Shown here one piece after another: positions 37,476-49,900 of a stretch of DNA of 64,000 bases; the first letter of the stretch is position 1; the number at the start of each line of letters is the position of its first letter. A program made the translations under genes and the position numbers. The DNA is from Octopus sinensis (Eukaryota). The stretch covers positions 44,578,001 to 44,642,000 of the forward strand of contig NC_043010.1 in assembly GCF_006345805.1 (NCBI RefSeq), read 5' to 3'. Below the pieces are notes generated by a model. That model was given only the letters and a program-made list of their open reading frames with translations, searched no databases and was not told the DNA's origin.

Positions 37476-39202
37476 CTAGCAGAGATACCCAGCTTTGCCT
37501 GTGTCACATGGAACTGAAGAATTAGACTTTTCTTTTATATTTTCTCTAATGACCTGGAATAGCTATGATTCAAATTTCATCAAAATTGCAGACTAAGAAT
37601 TTTAATGAGGGTTCTTTCCCTCTTTACACACCCTAACAAAAATTCTAATCATGACACATTTATCCCATACTACTCATCTTTATGCTCAGATTCCAAAATC
37701 CAAATCTTACTTGACAATTCAAAGGTGTTTGCTCCTAAAAAATGGAGCTCATGGAGCTCTAAAATGTGGGAGTTAAGTCCCTCTTGGGGAGGGGTGTGTG
37801 TCTTAAAGTCAACCAGAGAAGTTGAATTGTTGGGAATCTTTTTAACTTGGGTCTTAAATCTATCGTTCAGATTTCTTTGAAATTGGAAATATATGTGTTC
37901 ACTGGGTTTGTAAAAGAGAGCAAAGCTACAAGAAACCAAAAAAAAAAAATGATCACAATAAGCAGTTAGCTACCCTACCCCAGTCGTTACTACTCCTCAA
38001 CGTAGGATTCCTTACCATACAAGTGACAGGCAGAGCTGTAGGATGTATTACAGATCTATAGCAATTGGAAGGGTGTGACCCTACTCAAATAAGCATTAAC
38101 AACTGTGTGACGTGAGGGCTAAGGGGAAATGAAAGTGTCACTTCTGGAGTTTGCCAATGGTCACTATGCTGATAGGTAACTGGACAGAATAAATTTGCAA
38201 TCTATAAATGTCTTTGAATAACCAGTTACTTATCTGGGAAGGCCTTGAAGTCAATGTTACCATCTGGGGACTATCTCTGACCCAGTGATAATAAAAAGAC
38301 TCAAAGGAGGTCTGCAATGAAATAACTTTACTCAACACTTTGCAATTGAATCAGTGGAGGCAAAGATGCTTCTCCTTTATTTGACAATTTATGCACCACA
38401 TTGCAGAAATCACAATCTAAGTATATTTCAAAGTAAAGTCTTACACTATTGTACCATTGAATCACAAATAATGCTCATCTTTTATGTTCAGGTGACCCTA
38501 CAGCTTCCAAGAGTACAATTGTATTTGTCTTGGCTTAAGGAAAATGACTAAATTGTGGGCGTTAAGCCCCCATTATGGGGTTTTACTGACTTGTAAGAAG
38601 TTGAAATTTTAGAAATATTACTTCATTTGTGTCTAATATCTATGGTTAAAATTTCATTAACAGCAAAAACATATGAATTTTCATGGGGGTCATGGCTTCA
38701 TTTATGCCCCCTCACTTTCAGACATATACTGCATTACATCTGTCCTTATGCATAGAATATAATTTCCAAATTTCATAAAAATCCATTCAATAATTTTGAA
38801 GTAGTTTTGGATCATAAAATATGACTAAAATTTGGGAGTTAAGGCCCCCACTAGGGGGAAACTTTGGGAATACTTCTTGAAGTGTCAATTACCTATGGTT
38901 GAAATTTCATCAACATCACAAATTTATGAAATTTCATGGGTGGTTCTGCTCCCTTTAAGCCACCTCAAATTCAAACCAAACATACTGCATTATACCCATC
39001 TTTATGCATTGAATCTAAGTTCCAAATATCATAAGGATCCATTCAGTAATTTTGGTCCATGAATTGTATGAAACATACAGCATTGCTCTTCTCCCTAGGC
39101 TTGGATTTTGTGTTCCAAATTTCATTAGGATTGGTGCAGTAATTTTCGAATCTATAAGTAACATACGAACACACATAAAGACATTGACTTTTATATAATA
39201 GA
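37476..39202 (-). mobile_element. Non-autonomous Helitron (about 1.7 kb)
   Basis: Minus-strand 5' end A|TCTATTATATAAAAG at 39202 and 3' end CTAG|T at 37476, preceded by a decayed GC-rich hairpin; internal sub-repeats (aaatttcat, gagttaagcccc). Confidence 0.7.
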
Positions 39203-39744
39203 TATGAATATGCACATATACATATATGTATATATATACGTGTGTGTGTGCATGTGTACTATATATATATATATACACACACACAAAAAGATAGATTGAT
39301 AGATGCAATTGAGTGGGCAAACAAAAATATGAGACACTGCCTTGAAGAATTTTTTGTCAAACGAATCGACACCAGAGCTTTTTTTATTTTATTTTGATAA
39401 ACCTGGTACCTATTCTATCACTCTCTTTTTGTCAAACCAGTAAGTTATGGTAAATAAACCAACACAAGTTGTGAAGAGTGATGAGGGAGAAAGACAGACA
39501 CAAAGATACACACATACACTAAGATATATATATTGATTTCTTTCAGTTTCTGTCTACAAAATCCACTCAGAAGGCTTTGGTTGGTCTAAGGCTATAGCAA
39601 AAGACACATGCCAAGTTACCACACAGTGGGACTGAATCCAGGACTATGTGTTTTGGAACCGAGTTTCTTACCACACAGCCACACTTGCTCTTATATGTGT
39701 GTGTGTGTTTATGTGTATATGTGTGTATATATATGTGTATACAT

Positions 39745-39797
<53 letters not shown>

Positions 39798-40559
39798 TGT
39801 ACATATATGTGTACATATTACATATACATACATGTAATATATACACATATATACATGCATCCTGTTCTTTCTTGGTCTGGTCATTGTCTGTGCAACATCG
39901 ATATTCCTCCCTGTGTTTGTGAAATCTTGTATCCCAGCCGTAAGGCTTCATTTCTACACATGCCAGCTTAATTTAATTTGTCCTTAGTCGAAAGACACCT
40001 GTTGTTATGTCCTGTTATTATTATTTTTATTGTATTTGTGTAACGTCTGTTTTTTCCATCCTTGCTTTTGTATACATTCACTGCTTTCTTCCAAGGAATC
40101 TAATGCTCTTAGCTTAGGTTTTCCTTGGGGCTGGCAACCTCAAGTATAATCAGCCGGAATTGCGAAGATAATCTGGTACTTGACTGAGGAAAGAAAGCTT
40201 TGAATGACTCGTCCATGTTTTCTTTGTATTGTCTATCTGGATGTTTTGTTATTCCATTTTTGTATCACCTAACTGTCCGGATGTTTTGCGTTCTTGTCCC
40301 ATTTTTTATTTTATATATATATATAAAACGGTGTACGTACACTTTGGTCTTTTATATATATATATATATACATATGTGCTGATGTATACACATATATATA
40401 TACATAATATATATATATTATATATGTATGTATGCCTGTGTGTATATGAGATAATTGTTTCAGTATTAATAGTGAAACTATGAAAGTGAAAGTATCTGGC
40501 ATACAATAGAGAAATGTTATTGTTTCATTTTTGACAAGTAATACTGAAATAATGGAAGA

Positions 40560-40712
40560 GATAAGAGATTAAGCAAGAAGTTGAAAAATTTTTTACCCAT
40601 GACACTATATGGATCCTAAGTAAGGCATGTGTAAAATTAACGGTTGTGTAGTTCTTGAGTTTTAGGGATTCACACAGACACACACACATTCTCACCTTTA
40701 TATATATATAGA
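40560..40712 (-). mobile_element. Helitron-like 5' end fragment
   Basis: Minus strand reads A|TCTATATATATATAAAGGTGAGAATGTGTGTGTGTCTGTGTGAATCCC. Confidence 0.5.
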
Positions 40713-43700
40713 TAACACTTATCTTGTGAGACCACTTGCATTCAGTGTTGATTTAATACAATGGACTAGTTTTACAAGTGTTTGCAACTAATACCTGATT
40801 TGGAGTTTTGCAATATTAGTGCTTGATAATTAAGACATCAGTGGATGCTTTGAACATTCACAGCATATCTGCAGCTTCATCAGTGTAAATACTTAAACAA
40901 AGTTTCCACACAACTCAATTGCTTCCCACAAAATGAATTACATATTGTTTTGCTTGTAGTTTTAATCTCCAAAAAACTAACAAATTAAGTCTTCATGAGT
41001 GCTATCTTCATATTTGCAATGTACAAACACAAGCAAACAGCTATATCAGGAATGCCTGTTGGCTCATTCATTGAAAATGTGAATGTTGAGCTCATTACTC
41101 ACAGAAGTTTGCGATTTTATGAATATACTTTGAAAACATGTCATTTGAAAGAAGAAAAGTATCAATATTTTTGATATTTTCTTAATCTAACAAATCTTTT
41201 ACAAAGAGTTTTACGGTTTCAGTATTTTTGTTTCACCTGCTTATGCTAGTCCAATAATCAACATGATATAAGGCAGCGAGCTGGCAGAATCATTAGCACG
41301 CTGGACAAAAATGCTCAGTTGCATTTTGTCTGTCTTTATGTTCTGAGTTCAAATTTTGCCAAGGTCAACATAACCTTTCGGGGTGATAAAATAAGTACTA
41401 GTTGAGCACTGGAGTCGATTCACTTGACTTCACCCCTTCCTTGAAATTGCTGGCCTTGTGCCAAAATTTGAAACCAATAATCAGTGAGACACGAAATACA
41501 TAAAGCATTTTTCTTTTTATATAAATGAAAAAATTGAAGCTTTCCTTTGATTCAATTCCAAGCATTTTCTTTTAGCATATGTTTCCCTTGTTGAATTTGA
41601 AATATTTTCAATGTGTTATTTCTAAATGTCACTTCAGTGGATTCAAGTGGCAATTACTTACTTTCCCCACATTCAATATAGTGCATTAGATAAGTTTTAA
41701 ACCAATCCAGCCAGGTGAAAACAGAAGCAATAAAAATTCTTTTTTCATTTTGTTCATTTTATTTAGAAGTTATCTTTGATGAGCTTGTTGTAGGTTCAAA
41801 CTGAGTAACACCTCATTCCTTAACATTACTTGGGTTTTGCCTTTTAGCTATTATTGATTGTTAATCTTTTATCCATTGGGAGGTTCAACAGAGAGCATTT
41901 TATTGTTTATTAAAAATTACCATTGCTTAAAATATTTATCTTCACTGTAGCTCCCCTACTCCAACCTCTCCTCTCAAACCTTAACTGCCATCTCATATGA
42001 TTCACCCCACCCTATATCTAATAGGGGAGCAAGCTCATTTTTCATAATTGGTGCCATTTCAACAATAACTCTTTAGTTACCAATATCAGTAGTTGTAAGT
42101 GAAACATAAAATTAATGACTGTAGAATACAATTACATATAACTAATGAGATATTTTGCATACTATAAGAGAAATAAGTTAAAAATTAAAGAGAAAAACAA
42201 TTAGCTTTAAATCTCTGAGCGAGAAATATGTGGTAACAGTACTGAACAGTAAAGTCTATTTACCAACACAATGTGGCAGTCCTACACAGGACAATATTAC
42301 TACCTTTTAGCCCCTGGAAAACGTCTTTTCCAGCTGGCTACCAACACATGGTCTGTGCCCGTATACTTAAAAATTGTTTGGTATGTGCCACAACTTTTTT
42401 TCATATGTGCTCACTACCCCTAACTTTAGAACCTGGCTAAGTTTCAAGTTTTGTAGATTTGCGAGCTGCATAACGATCTCAATAGTGACACACGCAAAAA
42501 AAAAAAAAAAAGTACCCAGTACACTTGTAAAGGGTTGGCATTAGGGAGGGCACCCAACCATAGAAACCATGCCAGTAGATACTGGAGCATGATGCAGACC
42601 TTGCACCTACTGGACCTGCCAAATAGTCTAGCCCTTGCCAACATGGAACATGAACGTTAAAATGATTTATTCAATGGTTTTAATAATAATTTATTATTAC
42701 TTAAAACTGAGAATTATCAAACTTTTAGCCTGAGTTGCCAAATCCCACTATTCAACCGAAGTTATAGTGAAAATTCTAAGTAAATTTGCGTTAACTCTGT
42801 GCATATCCCTCTCACCTCACAGAAAGTTTACGTTGCACAGCCACGTTATTTTTTTTCCACAAGTGCATGTGGTTGTGAATGTCTATGCGTCGCAACTGAG
42901 TAATTGCAGGGTAAAACATCAGATATAGTGGAGATGAAAGGTAGGGATGAGGGAGTTGTAAGATAGAAAAGGGCATGTCCTATATGTGTGCATACTGTAT
43001 ATGAGAATAGTTATTGCTTTAATAGCAACAAACTGTTTATATAGATTCAATAACTGAAACGAACAAGCATTTTATCTAAAAACATTGCAATTACCAACGT
43101 TCATCTTATAAAACACCGGTATATTACAAATTTATTTCTTTAAAATCAGACATGGAACCTGACAGCTGATGTTTAATCATTTGGGTCCCGGGGCGTAGTC
43201 GATTACATCGACTCCAGTGTTTCACTGGTACTTGATTTATCGACCTCGAAAGGATGAAAGGCAAAGCTAACCTAAGCGGAAACTGAACTTAGACTCGGAA
43301 CCTAGTATAATAGTGTTCTATTAGATCCAAAGTAAGTTCAGGGATCTTATCTGCTTATATTAAGCAATGTTTCTCTATTTCCCTCTCCCGCACATTACAT
43401 TACATTATATATATATATATAATCAGCACACGCACACAACCCTTAATCCTACATTTTTGTGCTGTCATTTTAATGGTGCAAGAAGTTTATGACACCCACA
43501 TATCGAATGCAATATATGTGCATATGAAACAGAAAACAAATTAGACTACAAGGTTTTGCCATATCTAGCAGATAGTACAATTACAATTAACACGCGTAAA
43601 ACGATTCACAAAATTATTAAAAAAAAAAAAAAAGACGATGATGATCTTGTTTTTAAGTAAGCAAATAATTAAATCCTTCGCCTAACTTTTTTTTTATAGT

Positions 43701-44099
43701 ATAAGGCTTCATATCTTTAAAATAGAAATATTGTGGTGTTCATGCTTTTCCAAGGACGTTGGGGAAGTAAAGAATAATAATAATGATCAGGATTATGATG
43801 ATGCTCTTCAATCTAACAGATACTGAGAGCGAAATAATAACATAACTTAGGTTAGTAAATATATACACGTCAATCTTCTTAAAACTGAAGGAGATGTGTT
43901 TTGATATGTGCATCTATTTTTATGTAAACATGCATTAAACATCCGCTTCCTTGAAGACAGATATATATGTATGTGTGTTAAATATTGTGATCAGGTTTAC
44001 ATAGAGAGGAAAATGTTAAGATTGGATCTTTTAAACAGTAAATTTAATAAAGTGTAAATATCAATAAATACAGCGACGTCAAGACGTTCGAAAAGTATT

Positions 44100-46107
44100 T
44101 TCAGAAAAAAAATTTCTCCGTTTAGCTTATCTCTATTTCTATGTATATTTCTCCATTAAGAAGTAGTAAACGTGACATGGCTGTTATTAAATTCCACGAT
44201 CGCAGCAACAACAGCGAAGTCAGAAATGAAAACGACATCGTTTTGAACTATGAAATGGTCGACTCTGATTTCCAAAACAAACCTAGCAACGGAGGGGAAC
44301 AGAGAGATTTAGCACGTGTCCGTTCGGACTTGTAGAAGAAATCTATTGGACAATGGAGTTTGTTGTTCAAGAACTGCCAATGGCTGAACGTCGAAGTAGA
44401 TATGTGTGTGTGTGTATGTATGTACACATACATGCGTGTATATATGTATGCATAGTTGTTTAAATGGAAGAACTTTGCCTCGTTCAAGTGTTAAAGCGTT
44501 TACGTTTAGAAACAGACTAAAAAAATTGTTAGCAACTAGAGAGAAAAAAAATAATAATAATTAATTTTAAGTTTAATTAATTAATTTTTTTTCAGTCTCC
44601 CAGAGAAGAGAAAGTGATTTACAACGTCAAATAAATAAACAAAAATACTGACCTATCATCGATAGTCGTCCACAAGCGATTCGGGAAACATTAATTACAA
44701 TGTGTTGAAAATGGCGCTGTGCTCTTGTGTAGTATTTGTGTCAACGTCACCATTACATGTGTATACCCTAGTTTTACAGCAGAGAATCTTACTACACAAT
44801 ATACGTGACGTCATTACCTGACTTCGTGGTCTCACATCAGGAATGACTTTTGAAATTCTCGATCTAATAGTCGTCGAAGGCGCCAATTTCAGATACATAC
44901 TATTTTAATTAAATAAACTCATGTCTGATTTTTTAAATTTGATATAATTTTTATAATTAAACCGATAGCTTAATTTTCTTGTCGTTGTAACTACTACTTA
45001 GTATCGATTGAAAAAATAGCCAACGAGTGAACCTCTGATGAATCTATGGGTGTTTGATCTGCTAGAAATAGCAGTCAAATCCTCATCCCACACTCTATCT
45101 TTAAAAATTAGTGTTAAGTTCATTTGAAACGAAGAGTGTTTATGCTTTTCATCTGAGAGTAGATAAGACAAGATTGTAATTGGTGCTCAATTCGATTCAT
45201 GTCCATTCTTTCTGTCTAGTGAGATCGATGTGATGTTCAATCCTTATTAAAAGAAAGGGAAGGATACATGGAATAATGTTGTCAACAGTACACTATGGTC
45301 AGAATAAAAGACAGGATGGTCATAACCAGAACGTCTTTGATCATAGGTCCGCTAAATCATGACCGAAACAAAATGACAAATATAAAAAGTCTGGGATCGC
45401 TTTCACCATAGGTCTGATCGATCAGATATTTAAGACAACGTTCTTAAATATTTCTCTGAACGGTTTCTAGATACATATATTTTTTTCGTTTGTGCAACAT
45501 ATATAGTTAAATCTACCAAAATGTTCATTTTTTTTCTCATTTAATATATAAAAATTAATATCTATATAACTTATATTTGACTGAAGTTACAAATTTATAA
45601 TAGAATGTATAATCAATTTCAGGTGTTGATTTGTAATTATTTTATGGAAACGATCTGAGCAAAAGAAAATAAAGTAACAAATATTGTGTGACTATCCATC
45701 TGAATCTTTCCATTATTTTTGTAAAATTCACACATATAGTGAGTATAGTTAGCATACGAATTTTTATTGGCATAGTAATTTTTTTTTAATATACAAACGT
45801 CAACCTCCTCTGTTCATCCTTCCAAAAAAACTTAACGATTTGTGTCGAAGTAATAAATCAATAGCGTTACAGTACATACAACTATATAGTACCTTGCAAC
45901 TCTAGAAATTTAATAGATAAATGTAATATCTAGGATGTTAATACATTTAAATTAATTTCCCGCCACTAGAGTTAACCAATAAAATCAGCTGATAGATTTA
46001 TTTCCGGAAGTTGGGATTTTTTGAGGTGTCTTCCGGAAGAGGACCATGCTAATAAACATTTTGTTCTTGAACAAACAGGATTTATATTAATCACTTAAAA
46101 AGCAACC
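44100..46107. promoter_or_regulatory. Divergent promoter region NF-YA / SNRPG
   Basis: Local CpG enrichment. CRE TGACGTCA 44806-44813; CCAAT/ATTGG at 44345, 44377, 44883 and 45976; ETS-like TTCCGGAAG at about 46002 and 46031; YY1-like AAAATGGCG at about 44708. Confidence 0.6.
44653..44720 (-). other. NFYA: Probable non-coding first exon of NF-YA
   Basis: The first coding exon begins at an acceptor, so an upstream exon is required. This CpG-enriched patch has a YY1-like CGCCATTTT and a donor AG|GTCAGT at 44652. The TSS end is approximate. Confidence 0.55.
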
Positions 46108-46139
46108 ATGAGTAAGGCACATCCACCAGAATTGAAGAA
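46108..46139 (+). CDS. SNRPG: SNRPG exon 1
   Basis: accATG AGT AAG GCA CAT CCA CCA GAA TTG AAG AA|GTGAGT. Confidence 0.95.
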
Positions 46140-46867
46140 GTGAGTAATTTTAAATGTTTTACTTTTTAAACATGTATATTCTTTTCTTATATCTACTCTT
46201 ACTCTAGTTTCTGATATATAGTTTGCTGGTTTAATATATTTGGCGGTCAACAGCCGGGAAATCAATGAATCAAATATATCTACTTTTAATATTTTAAATA
46301 TTAAGAGAGGTTTATATGTAGTGGTTAAACTAGAATTCCGCCTTTGATTTTTTACTTTCTTTGAAAGAAAACAAAAAATTGTATATGTTTTGCTTTCAAA
46401 TTTGACGGAGGTTTTAAGTTGCCCATCCTCACTGCACAGGTTGGACGTGCACGTGTTTTTAACAGTGATAACGTACCTGGTAGTCCATTTGTATTTATGT
46501 TGTGAATGTTCTGTTTTATCACTCAATCTGTTTGAAAGTTATGGCTATTATATTATATTGCGGCATTGCAAAACAAATGCTTCAGGTGCTTTGTCTACAA
46601 GCGTCGGCGATCATGCACCTCCATCCCTCATGTCCCACTTACCACGGTATTGTAGCACGTATTAGTCAAGATGATTGCTGAAAGTGTCGAGTGTTATTTC
46701 ACGTTTGTATAACACTGTTTACACATTAGCTACGTAATATAGTATCAAATACCAAATGCTGACTAAAGGCGGCATATAACCCTTTTGAACTACGATCTCG
46801 CACACTTGAAATTTAGAGTTGAACTCCATTATAGACAAAAGACGAGAGAACTTTTGATCATAGACCG

Positions 46868-46904
<37 letters not shown>

Positions 46905-49900
46905 GGAACACACTATATCGAGGGCGGAGATTCCGAATCTGCGAAAAAAAAATTTGCAAAATTTCAATTTTTTTCAAAAAAATTAACACCCGTCCTATGA
47001 CAAGAAGTGAAATTAAAAGTGTTTTCTGTAATGTTTCACGCATACATAAAATTATAAAATAGCAGACACAAAGAGTATCTAAACAGAAAACCTGGTATGC
47101 TAGAAACGTTTTCAAAATTTTAATTCTAATTAGCAAAGAAGAAAAAATTTCAAAACTTAAATTCCACTCCTCTCCCCAATTTCTTCATTTTTCACTTATT
47201 TTAGAAATATTTTTGGCGAAATACGGAGTTATGATTCTAAAAAAAACATTAAAAACATTGTTTGTAAAATTTTAATTTTTCAAAGAAAGCACCCATCCCC
47301 TCCACCCTATGACAGAAAGTGAAATTTCCTCCCCCCTTTTCTTTGCCAGAGGGGCAAAGAATGAAACCGTGTTTTGGGGGTTTTCAAAATCTTCAGGTTA
47401 GGGTTAGGATGTTAGTTACTTGGATACTGTCTTCAGAGTCTAAATGATTTCTGTATTGAGAAAAATGATACTGTTTCATCAAAATTAAGGTCCTTTGATG
47501 ATCTGTCTTGTTTTGAAATTCCATATAAGCTGTTGTAGTCTTTCTGGTATGTTATCTATTTTGCAGTTAATGAGTTTCACAACTCAACTGATGCTATGGA
47601 GGTCAAGCTTGGAAAGTAATAATTTTGTTAATATATTTTCGAGTCATTGATATACTTTGTTTCTTCACAAATTTCAAAAAGCGCTGCTAGTTTTGGTATT
47701 TTTCTGGTTCCAGTACAAAAGATCCCTAATACTGAAATTTTACCTCTTGCAATTCACTCCATTGATGGCATTGCCTCTTTTGAAGATAGTCAATAAACAA
47801 TATTCCTTTTGCATCCCTAAATACTGAGGACATCACCTTCCCTGCAGATGAAAATGAACTTGGCCTTCTTGGAGCAGATGAGGAGGTGTGTTTCCACTGC
47901 ATGGATAGTCTCTTTGTCTCTGGCTTAAGGTGAAGAAGCCAACACTCATTCTGGGTTAGAAAACATTCAAGGAAACCAGCTGGATCTGCTTGATACAATG
48001 TCAAATTTTCCAGTGGTATGATCACCCTGGTACACTTTTGATCAGGTGTCAGAAGACATGGCACCCACTGAATAGAAACTGTCATGCCAAGTTTGTTGTG
48101 CAGAATATCCACAACTTTGTCGTGGAATATGCTAATAGCATTGGTTATTTGATTTATGGTTAATTGCCTGTCATCCATCAGTACATGGTGAGCACAATCA
48201 ATGTTATCCTTGGTGGTAGCAGTTGCAGAACATCTAGACTTTTGGTCATCTTCCAGACTCCCTTCTAAATTCAGCTGCCTTCTTTTGCACTATTGATAAA
48301 GTTGGATGTCATCCTGTAATGTAGCAACCATGTCTCAGCATGAATGTCCTTGGAGTGGGAGTCTAAATCCTTTTTCTGCAGGTACTTGATAACATCACAA
48401 TGCCTAATTTTGTCCACTTCTTTTACAGAAGTCAGTACTAGTTCTTCTGAAATCTTCTTAGAACATTGAAATTTCAGTTTATGTGAAAAGAAACAATGCA
48501 GTTATTGATGAGAAGGGTTGATAGTAACGCATGCAAAATTTCACAGCTCTGGCATCACTTCTTCATAGTCAGCCTATCCTCATAGGTTTATTGAATTGGA
48601 GTCGATAAAAATGCACTGACTCCAACATAAATACTGCTTCATCAAATTTAATGTCCAGTTGAACCTGTTAAACTTATAGGTAAACCCTCAAAATTAAACT
48701 TATTCATAAACTATTCTTTTGTCATAACAAAGGAACAAGTAATGATATGATTTTATTAATGAATGAAAGATATTGCAATAATTCCAAAATGAAATGTTAA
48801 ATACTGAACTATAATTCCAATTGTCCATGATGTAAGTGAATAAGACTGTACTAAAAACAAGCACCCAAAAGTGGAAAAAGTGTATATCCATAAAATGAGT
48901 CAACTTATAGAAAATGTCACCTGATAGTCAATAATATGTCATACGATTGGATGAATAGGTATTAAGGTAAAATGATAATTGATGTGAGAGTAGGATAATG
49001 TCACGGGATTGGATGAATTAAAATAGACAAACTGTTTGTGTCAAGAGTCAAGACAAATGGGGTTGTCTCATCCTCCTTTTTATTAAAAGATGAATAATTG
49101 GTATATGAATAAGTTTTATTTTGAGGGTTTATCTGTATTTGCTCAGCAGGTTTGACTGGACCTTAAATTTGAAGTGGTTTTAATTAAGTATGAATATCTT
49201 GAATTTTTGTCTTTCCTCTGATCTTGGTTTATAAATAGTGGTGTTGACTGCTCTCTCATTCATCTTGACTGGTTAACGTGCCATGCCAAGGTGAAAGGTC
49301 CTATTACTTCCAGTATGATGTTGCTTCTCTACTTTATTGCTCGACCATCTTGCCACTTGGGATGACCTGTCGAGTATCAAGTATGTATACGAGATCTCCC
49401 CTTCTGTACTTTGGTATATTAGTTATTTTAGGTGAATGCTTTGCATTTCATGGTTTCATCATTAGAAAAACAGTGCAAATTTTTTTCTGAAACATTATTT
49501 CTGCAGGTGGCTTGAATCTCTTTGCTAATCCATTGGATTGATGATGATATGAAGGCATTCTCACATAATTGATACTGTTTTCCTTACAAAATGTGAATTC
49601 TAGAGAAGTGAATTGTTTACTGTTATCTGATACTAAGGCTTCAGGTAACCCAAAGTTTGAAAAAACTTGATATAGCTTTTGTATTGTGGGTGTTGTTGTT
49701 TGACTCAATGAAGGCTTCCAGTCATTTAGATAATGTGTTGACTAGGATTAAAAAGTAGTTCCCATTGTGAGGTCCTGCAAAATCTGTGTACTCTAGACCA
49801 TGGTACTTGGAACTAAAGAATGCTTATCTGAATAGTTAATTTCAAGGTTTTTTCTTTTGCATTTCAAACATGCTTGCATAAGAGACTCAATATCTTTAAG

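Noticed and set aside
47396-47416. Telomere-like TTAGGG
   Set aside because: Fewer than three units; not an interstitial telomeric array.
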